Assembly: GCA_964304625.1 (NCBI GenBank)
Contig: OZ199840.1
Location: forward strand, 1,900,532-1,964,531
Reading direction: 5' to 3'
DNA length: 64,000 bases
Source of the DNA: Kudoa neothunni
Lineage: Eukaryota > Animalia > Cnidaria
The position numbers and the translations under genes were made by a program. Of this stretch, positions 11,685 to 23,929 are shown one piece after another (the stretch's first letter is position 1; every line of letters starts with the position of its first letter). Below the pieces are notes generated by a model. It worked only from the letters and a program-made list of their open reading frames with translations, was not told the DNA's origin and did not search any database.

Positions 11685-13498
11685 CGCCTTAAAGTTTCGA
11701 GCGAAGTTAATATATTTCTGTAATAGGAGAAATCAGTTATTTCTCATAGTTTTTACGTATCTTATAATTTCTAGTTTTGTGACGGAATATCACTCAAATG
11801 AATATCATAATCATATAATGGTTTTTTATTTTCAAAAGTACACATTTAACGTGGGAATATTCTATTTTTGTTAATACTTTGACTAGATTCAAAGGAGAAA
11901 CTAGTGAGTTGATTCGCACATGTTTAGATGGATAGATCGGCGGAATTAATCATTTCTATACAAAAATGTCTAAATTTCCTCTAACTTAGAATCCAGAAAA
12001 ATTAAATCGTGTATTTTTGATAGCGAACCTTGTTAATTTAATTGGTTTTTTGGCTATTTTTTTATTTCAAATTCCCCTTGGATGAATGTCAAAATTGGAA
12101 ATATAATAAAAAATTAAAAATATCAATTATTTACAACAATTAATAAATCTTTAACTGGAATCTAGATGAGCAAAGGTTATTATTTTAAAAAATAAAATTT
12201 CCTTTATAATAATTTTAACAAAATTGGAGTTGGTGGACTTACGCAGCATCCGCAAATTAACTATAGGGGGTCCGTGAGAGGGCTCTTATTTTAAAAAAAT
12301 GGATCTTTCGTAAATTCCTGGCTATAATAAATGCCGACTTTAAAAGCATAATTCTAGAACAATAATATAAATATACGTAAAAAATACATTTAGCGAGTAT
12401 ATTAATTTAGCTCAGCTAGTCGGGCGTCGGTGAATACAAAAGGTCAAGCAACACTGTTTTGTAGTATAATTTATTAAAATGCTAGTTTACCTATTTGATT
12501 TATTTCAGAAGTTTACGTAATTTAAAAATGAATGTCAATGATGATTCAACCCTTAAAAGCTGATTTTGGATTCTATGACCAACCATCACATCATTTAATA
12601 CATAAAGTTTGTTGTATAATTTTTCATATTCTATGTATTTTAAATTTTTTAAAAATGGGTATACCAATCGACTGATGAAAATAATTAATTATACTTGGGG
12701 TGATAACAGAAAAAATATAGTAATTTAAACAAAATAATATAAAGGGATGCGTGGAGCTCAAGATAAAATTTTAAGGATTAATGTAATGTGTGATATTTAT
12801 AACAACAACATCGAAAATAATTAAGGAAATTGCTGTTTACGAGGATCATAATATGTGTAGATATGTGTAGTTTTAACTGTATTTGATTATGTTTGGTCCC
12901 TAGAATCAGTAGTCAGTAGTGATGGGTCAAGAGTAACTAATTACAGAAGATTCTAAAATATAATCTTCATATATCAATCATAGGTGGAAGCTTTTATGAT
13001 TAAAAATGGTTAGTGCGCATGCGATAGTGGATATATTAAGGATTAAAAATATCCGTCGCAAAAGCCATTGCTTTATGCCAGTGATGCACAGACTTTTGGA
13101 GCCTCGGGTCTAATTTTAATCTTTTAAAATTTCTAGGAGTCAGAAAGTTTATAACTAAGGTTATAGTTCACATTTTGGATAAATATACAAATTTTGAAAC
13201 GCAATATTCGAAGTAGTCCAGAAATAATAAGTTTACTAATGTTTTAGATTGGATAACGAATGACATGGCAAACGAATAATATTCGTCCCCTGTTGGATAA
13301 AACGATATTTTTCTATCCAGGTCTCATTAAATTTTCTGTTCTCATCATAAATTTTTTTTCGAATTTCTGTCATTTCACCTTGGAAGGAAAATAAAAATAA
13401 GTTGAATTACATATGAGATATACCTTGGGTGAGCTTAATGGTTGTGTGAGCATACGTGAAATGCAGTTTAACCTTCTAAGTAGCTGAAAAAAATTACA

Positions 13499-14224
13499 CC
13501 CTCCAAATAAAAATGGGGTAGAAATCTATCCCACTTTTTTATTTGATAAAATTTTCTTAAATAAAATTCATCGAGTAAATTTTGAATAATGATCAATTAT
13601 TAAAGTTATATTCTGAATACGCATGCGCCCATATTAATGTTACATTTTTATGGAGTGTGATTGTATTATTAGGTGTATTTCTGCGGTTTTTTAGTTTTAA
13701 CATTTAATTCAAGTTTTACAACAGCTCACAATTAATTTATCTTGTTTTAAAACTGCGCAGAAACTCATAAAATTTTTCAAATTTTTGAACATAATATGTT
13801 TTTTGGATGCTCTCTACAACATAGAATTAAGTAAAATGAGTAAGATCCATCATATTTTGAATAACCTAGTATACGAATAATGAGCTATCGTTGTATCCAG
13901 GGGAGGATGACATGCTTATATCTGTGTTGCGCATGTGCACCACCTGTATAGTGTTTCGTTATTTATTCATTATTTACTCGATAGAATTCCCCTAAATTTT
14001 TAAAAATCACATGTATTAATATTTTAAATAATTTTATTTGGAAGGTGCTTTTACATTAACTTAATTGATATATGACAAGAAAGAATTTTAATTCATTTTT
14101 CTGAAAGTTTTCATAAAGATAAAAGATTATAAATAGTGGAGAGAAATTATGTTCTATTTATACATTATAATATTGTTGGCGAAATTCACTTGGGGTAGAT
14201 ATCTATCCCATTTTATTTAGATGG
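13499..14224. mobile_element. piggyBac-type MITE
   Basis: Inverted ends ccctccaaataaaaatggggtagaaatctatccc / ggggtagatatctatccccattttatttagatgg, with TTAA after the right end. Confidence 0.5.
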
Positions 14225-15132
14225 TTAAATTGTCCTTTAATGTGGGCTCATTATCAGCTTTAACGGATGTCAATCCTTTTTATCAAAGTTTATTTTATGT
14301 TATATTTATTTTTCTTATAGAAACTTTTATTTTCGCGCACAATATAAATTCCTTGTTATTTTACATCGTTTATAAAATGCAATTTAATTATTAACCTTAT
14401 TTTAACTGAACTTAACTTAAACTTCGGGGCAGCATTGTCGAACGAATTTTTAAATCATAAATCTGCCCAATATCGACATGATTGTCTTCTCCTCTATACA
14501 CACCCGAGAAGAAATAATTAAAATTAATACATGAAATTCGATTAAAAAGAGGTTTCTTCTATATCACAAGGTGCAGTGGCTAATTGCAATAAATCTTTTT
14601 TCCTATTTAGAGAGTTTTTTGATGTTTCGTTCTTAATGGTTCACAAATAATAAAGAGCTCAAATAAAATTTTTAGTAATTTCATTAGATGTTCTCGATAT
14701 ATTCAATAACCAGATAAACCAATTAAAGTTAAATAACCGAATGCTTTTTTTATTTCATTTAAAAGTATATCATTAATGTGAACTTAATTAAGGTTGATTC
14801 AGGGCTAGATGAGGTCCACGGGCTGGGGTTTGTTCACCCTGCTTATGTAATTCCTCTCACCCATTGTATCACTATGACTATAATATTAACTATTTGTTCA
14901 TGAGTCTTGGAAATAAGGTAAAATTCAATAATTTAATTTGCTAATCATAATAATTCTAAAATATGCCCACGTTTGACTTTTATTTTTCGTTTATTCGGTA
15001 TGAAATTCCCCAGGAAAATTTGTACAAACGAATAATTCTACTATTTAAAATGATTTAATCCATCTTCAATACAGAAAACTCTCTACGACGTAAAATATCG
15101 AATGTATTTATAAAGATAGTGTCTTTTTCCAC

Positions 15133-15703
15133 CAGGGCTGCCGGAGGGGTTTTAGAAAAAATCCAAGGTCTATTAAAACGTTAGTTTAAAGTACAACAAA
15201 AAGAATAGAATCGTATCTATTAAAGTTTTTAATCTTCTTGCAATTCTATAATTACGTTTACAGATATTAAATTTAAATTTATCGTCGTATTATTGCAATT
15301 TATTGGCGCGAACACTCATTCATATTTAGTATCTAGTATATATCAATATGTTCACAATTAATTAATTCATTCATCCATAGTACAAAATATATTTTGAAAT
15401 AACGTTTAAATTTTCTAATGATGTACGACCATGTTAACTGAACAATTATGTAGCCGTGCCACACTAAACAATCTAATGTGCTGTCGTTCAATATCATAAA
15501 TATTTAAACCCTGAACGATATGATCTGAATAGGATACGTCATTAAAAATATAAATATTAATGTCGTACATAATAAAATTTGTTATTATTCAATGCTTATA
15601 GTTTTTCAATAAAACCCCAAGATTTTGTAAAAAATGAAAAAACTCCCAAGAACCTAAGGTGACCATAAAAATTCAAAAATCTTTGGGAAAAACCCAAGCT
15701 CTG
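15133..15703. mobile_element. Non-autonomous TIR element (hAT/P-like, CAGGGCTGCC end) with 8-bp TSD
   Basis: TSD TTTTCCAC at 15125-15132 and 15704-15711. The first 190 bp are homologous (inverted) to about 54745-54936. The right TIR is truncated. Confidence 0.7.
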
Positions 15704-16430
15704 TTTTCCACTACGCCGGTTCATGCACAGGAAATTATAGTATTATATTTATTTCGCTTTTACAATCAAAATAACTTATAAACACGATAAAATATATTTT
15801 TCAGATATTATTTATGTATGTAAAATGATTAAAGATTATAAAACTTAATTGTCATTTTTGAAACATATTATCGATGTATATGTACAAGATTTATGATTTA
15901 GAAATGCGATAATAATCGGAGAAAATATTTATTTTATCAAAATGAATTTTTAGTCAGAATTTACAATAATCAACCGAATGTCTTCTCTTATAATCAACAA
16001 TGTAAGGTGAATTCAATAAGTAAAATTACAAAATTTATTTTAACAATATAATTTGGCGAAGATATGTTTGTATTATTTTTGGCCTCGCGTGTAGTGGTAG
16101 TGAGTCGGTCTTAATAAATTAATTTAATACGGCGGAATGTGTTCACAGATTATTTAAAAGTCAATTTTCGTCATATACCGAAATGAAACAATATCTTGAT
16201 AATTTTATTAAAGTACTGTTATAAAATGTTATATTTTTACATTAAAATTAAGGGATCTGGTTTCTCTTACAGAATTGGAAGGAGCATCAAACCTAAAAAT
16301 GAAGATAATCAGTCGGTTAATGTTAATAATAACGAATAAAAATTAATTTACAGATATATTAAATATATCTGCACCTCAGCCCTCGTTATCAAAAGATTGT
16401 CCAGCATTTATTACTACATCTACTCAAAAT

Positions 16431-17734
16431 ATGAAAAGTCTCTATTCTAACTATAATAAAGTTGTACATATTGATGCAACCTACAAAATAAATAAAACAA
16501 GATATCCATTGTACCCCTTAGCAGTAGTTGATTCTCGTGGACGAACTCGATCAATCTTCTTCGCTTTTGTTAAAAATGAAACTCAAAATTTTGTTGATAA
16601 TGTGATATCTTTGTTTTAGAAATTAATGGAAGAAACAAAAATAACCAAAGTTATCTTTGTTGATAAGGATTCAACTGAAATTAATTCACTAAAGAAATTT
16701 TTAATTACTGCAAATATATTGTCATGTTCTTATCATGTAGAGAAATTCACTCACTTGAAGTCAATAAAAATACAAAAAATAGATAGAAAACCATTTATTC
16801 CGAATCATATGACGAATATCTATTCTTTTTAAAAGAAATAAAAAAAACGAATAACACATACTTTTTGTACCTTTCGAAATGTTGGTTAGGTATTTCTGAT
16901 ATGTGGGCACAATGACTTTTGGATCCAATACTAACAATCGAATTGAACAAGCCCATGGAGAACTCAAAAGATTTTTATCTGAGCAATCTCCTTCGTCGAA
17001 TCAGATAGATGAAATTCTTCGTTATGTTAACATATATGATAGCGAATTCACTATCAAAGGGCACAATTATCTATGAACACACATAGAATATCGAATGATG
17101 CTGAATTAAATCAACTCCTCATTCCTTGTTCTCTTATTGTTGGGAAACGATTTTAGAGAATTTTATTCCAATGTGGGAATCAAAATCTTATTTTTTTGTT
17201 CACCTAAAATCAAACTCCGCCATGGTTGTTAAAAGTAATGGAACATTCGTCTGTGAGTGTCCCTTCTTTTTACAGCATCATCTACTTTGCAATCATCTGA
17301 TCAATCTGTTAAAATTATCAAAAATAAGCATTGAACGAATCGTTACATCAAGATGGACCAAAAATAACTTTTTCAATGGAAAATCACCCGATATATTTCC
17401 TGAAATTTGTGATGATAATTCACCATTGTCGAATTCGTTTGTTGAAAACGAAATGTTATTAGACGATTCTCCTTCAAAGGATGAAAATGAGAACTTAAAG
17501 TTTCGAAAAAAATGGGTTAACTCAAAGAGTGTTACACACATTGAATTCAATTCATTGGGAGGAGAGGAGAATCAGATTTTTTACAATGAGATATCCAACT
17601 CACTACAAAATTTCGAAAAAACTGTCACTCATAGTATTAATGAAAGAAGTGCGCCAAATAAAATAATGGCATTCCAAATGAAAGGGAAGAGGTTACATCA
17701 AAAGGTAGACCTAGAATCCCAAAAAATTATTTGA
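16431..17734 (+). pseudogene. Mutator/MULE transposase pseudogene with SWIM zinc finger
   Basis: VHIDATYKINKTRYPLY..VVDSRG, VDKD, CSYH and SWIM CECPFFLQHHLLCNHL, broken by stops and frameshifts. Confidence 0.85.
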
Positions 17735-18652
17735 AATTTTCTAAATAACATTCTGGTTAATCATCCTAATACTAAAAAATATATTTTATAATTTTTATAC
17801 GCTATTTTGTTTGTGAAAGCGCTATAACTTTTAATAAAAAGTGAAATGAATATAATCTTATAATCCCGCGCGTATGCATCGGTGTAACGGAAAGAGACTA
17901 TCATTTATGGACATGAACGTTGAAATTTACGAGTGTTCCATTAAAGCGCTGCAAAAATAATTACGAATAGATTAAATTCGATTGATTAATCCTGTATTAA
18001 AATTAATATTTTGCGAGGTGATTCATTTATTTTCGTGAAAATATTGGATTCATGAAAAAATATAAAATTAACACCCTCCAAGGATTAATTTAAAAGAGTT
18101 ATATAACCTAACACGCCCTTACCTCTCGATTACAAAGATTTTTTTGATCGGCACACCTCGCTACAAAGGGACAGATGCGAGTAGAGAGCATTCTTTATAA
18201 CTTTACGAAAGAATTGCAGTAACTAACTAGAGTCTTGGATAGTCACGCCACGTGCGTAATATCACAATAAAACATAAATAAATCAATAACTATCCAATTT
18301 ATGACATTGATCACATATTACTTCAATTTTGCTTTAGAAACATTAAATTATCTCTAGTTTTTATACATTTTATGTGCCATGTATAATTATGGCTTGTGTG
18401 ACTACGCAAGACCCATACACAAGTCACAGTATATACAAAAAATATTAGAAAAAAGGAAAATAATTCTTTGGAACCCGATCTAAAAAGAAGTTTCTTAATC
18501 CACCACTCAATGGTTAAAATAATTTAAACAACACCCACAACGAAACAAACTAAAATCAGCGAAGCGAATTAATTAAAGCAAAAAGATATTACACCCAAAA
18601 AGTCTTTAAAATTCACACAACAGGATTCAACATGTAGAAACAAATATTTGAC

Positions 18653-18672
18653 CTACCTACCTACCTACCTAC
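18653..18672 (-). repeat. (GTAG)5 tandem repeat in the probable CPEB 3' UTR
   Basis: ctac x5 on the + strand. Confidence 0.8.
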
Positions 18673-18933
18673 CACCGTCGGTAAAAATAAGGTATCCCAA
18701 AAAAAGCGCGACACAATATAACTCAATTAAGATCCACGTAGACACAACAAATATAAATATCAAATATGCGCATTCAGCCAAAAAACAAACAATAATATAA
18801 ACGACACCAAAATTATTCATTCTATAACGAAAAAAGGTCACATAAACAAATATTTTCATCAAAAAAAGTATGAATTATAAAGTGCGGCTTCAGTGAAGAC
18901 AAATGAATCCATAAGAAAGTAGGAAAGTTGGAA

Positions 18934-21900
18934 TTAGTTGGAGGATTTATTGTTGCCATAGTTGTTATTGTGGTTGGTAGTTCTACGGAACTGGAATTGG
19001 CGATGATAGCCGTTGGATTTGCTTTGTTGGGGTTGCATATGTCCGAATTCTTCTTGATGAGTAGCCCAACAATTATCACAAAAATATTTGAGACAATCTC
19101 TATCCACACAAAAGTATTGTCCCATGGGTTGGTTGGAGTTGGTGTTGATGTTGTTATTGTTGTTGGCGTTGGAAGACGGCGCACTTCTGGAATTCATTTG
19201 AATTCCACAATCTTCACAGTGTTGGTCATCGGAGAAAAAAGGTTTGATTTCAACACGTTTTTCCATTCCACACAACTTTAAAGTGATAAAATGAGCCTCA
19301 AGTGCTTTAAGATAACACTGAGTGTTTCCAAAGGTGACACTTGCTGCTCCTTTGGGGTAGGAATACTCGAGATCAACATCGATTTCAACAAGATCCACTC
19401 CACCAAAACAATGGTTCATGTTGTCAAAGAGTTCACGCGCTTGAGCTTGACGAGGAATGCCACCAACAAAAACGGTTCGTTTGCATCGTGGTACTGGTTT
19501 TTCGATGGTGCTTCTTGGCGACCAAATGGCATCAGTAAGAGTCCATGGGCGTATTTGCACCTGTTTGCTTTCAGAGCGTTGACTGGAGACAGTCCAGAAG
19601 AATTTTTCATCCACCTTGGTGCAACGGTTGATCAGATTGACCACACTGTCCGCATGTTCAAACAACAGAAATGCGTATCCTTTGGGGGGAAGACCGGAGT
19701 TGCTGTCCAATTTGTGCGGCCAATCAACAACCAATTCGCCAAATCGTTTGAATTCAAGTGCAATCTGAGTTTCGGTGATATCTTGAGGAAGTCCTCCGAC
19801 AAACACTTTTCTTGAGAACACCTCTCTCTTGACAATATTGACAATAGTGGATTCGATTTTGTTATTATGATTAGTTGTGTGGGTGGCAACCTTATTTGTT
19901 GCCGCGGAATTGATGCTATTGTTGAAGTTATGTACCGGTGTAAGGGACTGTTGGCGAGGTCGCGGACTTTCAGATTGAGGTCGGAATTCGCACGCACTAT
20001 GTCTTGGAGATTGACGGAAACTGTACGCAGCGGATGCAGTAGTATACGAGGAGGTAGACGCAGCCGACATTCGTGTCAAAACAGATTCATGTGGTACCGG
20101 TGGTGAATCACTTTGGCACACGACGCAGAACGATTTCAAAGCACCATGCAAACACAACAAATTGTGCGAGGTGGATACTGTTGATTTCAGGTCAGGAAAA
20201 TCACGATCAATTGTCAGATCGGACAACGCATTCATTGCAGAGGCCACACCTTCATCAATCCGAGCTTGAATATCAGAACTATCACCCAACGATCTGGTTC
20301 GTGGACCATTATCAGATACTGAGTTGCGTTTGGAGCTGTCATGGATTGTTGGTGTGGTGGCATCGCCATCACCACTCTTAAACTTATATCTCCCAGCAGA
20401 AGGAACATTTCCATTTTGACTTCTTCTTCGCACAGTGGTGGGAGTGTTGATATTCGATGGGAGAGGAGTTTGATTGATCTGCTGTTGGAAATAGTGTATA
20501 TTTCTTGGGTTGGATCCAATTGGGCCGAACTCCATATTTCTATGATCCTCATCCGAACTGATAGACAAATCGATTGCACCGCGTCTGATGGAATCGTGCA
20601 AACGCTCATAATCGTTCGCATCGAAATCAACAGTTTTTTGTGAACTCAAATAGGGATCATTGGTTCTATAGTTGTGGATGGAGTTGTGTCTTGGTGAGTT
20701 GAAATGATTGCTTATAGAGTTTCGTTCGCTTTGAGATTCGACTATGTTTGGTCGGGATATTCCCGCCGAAGTACCTGCTGAATTGGCATTTGATGTATTC
20801 TCCGAGTCACCAACGCCCCCACTGGTCGTAAATATTTGGTGGCTGTTCGATTTGACCACCTGGGAACGACGGGGGTAGGAATTGAAACGTTCACCGGTTG
20901 CAGAAGTGTGTGCATGGTTACTACCACCATTGCCGTGGTAAGCATTTGCATGAGCGTTATGATAATTGTTGTTGGTTTGGGAGGAACGACCACCTTGTTT
21001 TTTCGAGGTATCAAATCCAGTTGCTCTAAGGATCTCATTCACGTCATCATTCTCCATCAAACAACTGCTGATTCCACCACCACCACGTTGCATCATTCCA
21101 TTTGAATCATGTAGAAAACTGTTGGCTGAAGATTTGGTTGCCATGACGATGGCCTTGTGATCTTTGGTAGATTGAGAGAGAATATTATTGATTTGTGTGC
21201 ACACATTCTCATTGCCGAACGCGGAGATTGTGGTTGTGTTGGCTACCGATAGCATTTCCGGGGTGATCACATCGGCTCCACCAATGAGCATGCTGTTACG
21301 ATGTACCATTTGGCTGTAACGACCACCGCCAGAGATATTGTGGGTGTTATTCGTGGTGGAACTGTGGCTGAAGTGCATCATGTTGTGTTGGCGTGAAGAT
21401 AGATGGTTATGGTTGGAAGTTCCAACATGCGGCGATATGGGCCGATTGCCGGCCATTGCATACTGAGTGTCGTATCCATAGCTGCCATTGTTCATAAAAA
21501 AACTGTGGTCAACGGAACCACTGTAGTAGGGGTTGGACGGGGAATGATGTGGAGGAGGAGGGGGAGGAGGAGGAGGAGGAGGCGGTGGTATTGATTGTTG
21601 ACCGCTGAAATGATGACTACCCATGGGGTTGTTAGGATGACGATGGGAACCTCCATTATTCATTATGGTTGGAGAAGTGTGATTGGGCGGTATATGACTC
21701 CCGTAATAATTAGGATTGTTGCTGTAATAATGAGTAGACCCATTGAAATTCATATTTTGGTGACTGAGAGGGTTGTGTTGTTGTAGATTGTTGTGGAAAT
21801 TGGATGGGTGTGAGCTGAGATGATTGTTCATAGCATTTGATTGAGATGGCGGTCCATTGTAGAAAAAGTTATCGTTTGTTCCACCCATATTGGACACATT

Positions 21901-22374
21901 GGACATATTAGATAATTGATTGTTATCTCGGCAATTTGCAGGATATGCATTCACGTTCATTGGATTATTATACGTTATGGCGGTGTTATTGGAATCAAGT
22001 GACTGTTGATAATTGAAAGTTTGGTTGGGATGCGAAAACACATTGTCCACAGAACCGGTGTTGGACAAATCAGGAAGAGAAACCTTTTCGGCTGGATCGG
22101 GCGTGGGAAGACCGGAGTCTACAGCAGCTTCAGTTATGATATCAGAAGTGGTGGTGGTAGGCGGTTGTGTGGTGTTTTCAACCAAGTCTCTACCATCCAC
22201 GATGTCACTTTCGTTAATTATCAGCTGTTCGTTGTTGGAGATGTTAGGAGATGGACTACTGGAATTGGTGGATAAATTTGGGGATGTTGGAGACTCAATC
22301 AACGGCTGACAATCAGCAGCACTGTTATCTTTACTTTGCTCATTAGATGGAACACTTATATCGTTGGAATCCAT
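18934..22374 (-). CDS. CPEB: Cytoplasmic polyadenylation element-binding protein, CPEB2-4/Orb2 subfamily, 1146 aa, single coding exon
   Basis: RRM1 FSRKVFVGGLP..VVDWPHK..PPKGYAFLLF..VQIRPW, RRM2 RTVFVGG..YPKGAASVTF..KRVEIKPF, ZZ finger CEDC..C..C..YFCDNCW..H..H. The N-terminal 850 aa are N/S/H/P-rich. Confidence 0.95.
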   Translation of the reverse strand: MDSNDISVPSNEQSKDNSAADCQPLIESPTSPNLSTNSSSPSPNISNNEQLIINESDIVDGRDLVENTTQPPTTTTSDIITEAAVDSGLPTPDPAEKVSLPDLSNTGSVDNVFSHPNQTFNYQQSLDSNNTAITYNNPMNVNAYPANCRDNNQLSNMSNVSNMGGTNDNFFYNGPPSQSNAMNNHLSSHPSNFHNNLQQHNPLSHQNMNFNGSTHYYSNNPNYYGSHIPPNHTSPTIMNNGGSHRHPNNPMGSHHFSGQQSIPPPPPPPPPPPPPHHSPSNPYYSGSVDHSFFMNNGSYGYDTQYAMAGNRPISPHVGTSNHNHLSSRQHNMMHFSHSSTTNNTHNISGGGRYSQMVHRNSMLIGGADVITPEMLSVANTTTISAFGNENVCTQINNILSQSTKDHKAIVMATKSSANSFLHDSNGMMQRGGGGISSCLMENDDVNEILRATGFDTSKKQGGRSSQTNNNYHNAHANAYHGNGGSNHAHTSATGERFNSYPRRSQVVKSNSHQIFTTSGGVGDSENTSNANSAGTSAGISRPNIVESQSERNSISNHFNSPRHNSIHNYRTNDPYLSSQKTVDFDANDYERLHDSIRRGAIDLSISSDEDHRNMEFGPIGSNPRNIHYFQQQINQTPLPSNINTPTTVRRRSQNGNVPSAGRYKFKSGDGDATTPTIHDSSKRNSVSDNGPRTRSLGDSSDIQARIDEGVASAMNALSDLTIDRDFPDLKSTVSTSHNLLCLHGALKSFCVVCQSDSPPVPHESVLTRMSAASTSSYTTASAAYSFRQSPRHSACEFRPQSESPRPRQQSLTPVHNFNNSINSAATNKVATHTTNHNNKIESTIVNIVKREVFSRKVFVGGLPQDITETQIALEFKRFGELVVDWPHKLDSNSGLPPKGYAFLLFEHADSVVNLINRCTKVDEKFFWTVSSQRSESKQVQIRPWTLTDAIWSPRSTIEKPVPRCKRTVFVGGIPRQAQARELFDNMNHCFGGVDLVEIDVDLEYSYPKGAASVTFGNTQCYLKALEAHFITLKLCGMEKRVEIKPFFSDDQHCEDCGIQMNSRSAPSSNANNNNNINTNSNQPMGQYFCVDRDCLKYFCDNCWATHQEEFGHMQPQQSKSNGYHRQFQFRRTTNHNNNYGNNKSSN

Positions 22375-23195
22375 TGTTAATTATGTGTGTATGTGCAGAT
22401 GTCTACAAAAGTACATGAAAACTTGTGTAGGTATAAACAAGTGGTATATAAACCACATCCATGGACAACGACAACAAGCCAATATAAAACAAAACATACT
22501 TGAAGATAGAAAAGGATAACACACAACTCGAACAATTATATCCAAACCAGATAGAAAATAGTTACAAATTATAAAAAAGGCACTACAAATGATAGTTATA
22601 TTCAATTGAAATCGGTTGATAGAAACTGTGGTTGCTTACATTGGTTTAGAATGACAACGGCAGGAACACCTGTATAACGCAATAGACTTTAGGATAAGAG
22701 ATGCGCACGTATAAGGATTATATTTAATCCTCCGTAGTACTCGCAGTTAAACTGGGAGCTTGTATTTAATGCCGGTTTAAGGCGTATGATAATGATTATG
22801 AACAACACCTACTAGGTGTTGCAACCTATCGGCAACTTAAGTTAATTGGTGATTACACAACACTTATACAAATACTGCCGGTATTATTAGGCATTATTAG
22901 ATTGGGTGGCAATATCGATCGATCGATCGATCGATCCAATGTACACATGTACCACATCGGAACGTTTCAATTGCATCCCACGCAGACAACGCCCACATAA
23001 ACTTACAGCACAACTAACTAGTTGGTATCTCGCCTGGTTGTTTTTCACTGGCTGACAACATAATCTACGCTTAGATAAATGCGATATCGCTTGTGTATAA
23101 AATGATTTGGTTGCGCGTATCGTACACAATCATAACGCCGAACTATTAAACAGTATAACGCTACAAATTAGGAGATTGCACAGCAATCGAGTTAG

Positions 23196-23929
23196 CTAAT
23201 ACGATCGTTGATATTGTGTGAGATATTGGTTGAAATTGGGTGATTGTTGTAGTAGGCGACACTTTCGTTTAAATTTGCCACTTGTCCATAGAAACTTGTT
23301 GTTTTTAACGTCCAATGCCATCGCCTACACATATAAACACCTCATTAAAAAAGTATTATCGCTACTTAAAGATTTTATTTATAATCTCTTATATAAACGT
23401 ATAATAGGGATTTGTCATGAGGCATTATTATTACTTCAAAATTATCATCACCATGCAACTCCATCATCTTCAACACAAACAGCGCTTCACTCTTAGAAAA
23501 CTTTCGACTTTTTGAATCGAATAAATAATTATCGCTGGAGGCGTTAGAATCTTCTGCGTGGGAAATGTTGCAGCCTGTCAACAACGATCTGCTGCTAATG
23601 CGTTCTACCTCGTTAGAGGAAAGGTTATTAACCAAAGACGTTAACGAATCCGAGCTGATTGGGATAGGACCAGCTGTTTTTGCTACCGTCGGTGGGTTGT
23701 TCTCTAAGGTTGATTGACGTGGCCTCATCGATATTTCCTCAAGAACAATATCAAGGTGGGGATGTTGACCACCGCCAATAACTGTAGAAATAGAAGCACG
23801 AATCTTGTTTGAGTTGTTTTTAAGATGCCGCTTTGCTATTTGAATAGGCCTAGATATTTTTCGAACCTGCTTTTTGTTAAGACGCTGATTTCGGTTCCGC
23901 CTGGACTTTCTAGCTCTTACTCCGGCCAT
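23196..23929 (-). CDS. NOP16: Nucleolar protein 16 (ribosome biogenesis), 2 exons, about 207 aa
   Basis: Basic N-terminus. KMMELHGDDNFE joins AMALDVKNNKFLWTSGKFKRK across GT-AG intron 23434-23325, matching the NOP16 HG.DY.AMA.D..N motif. Confidence 0.8.

Noticed and set aside
18928-22309. Many antisense and overlapping ORFs over CPEB
   Set aside because: Shadow ORFs of a GC-richer low-complexity CDS with no recognisable motifs.
22803-22936. 9-bp-arm palindrome and (GATC)n upstream of CPEB
   Set aside because: Short, simple repeats with no supporting context.
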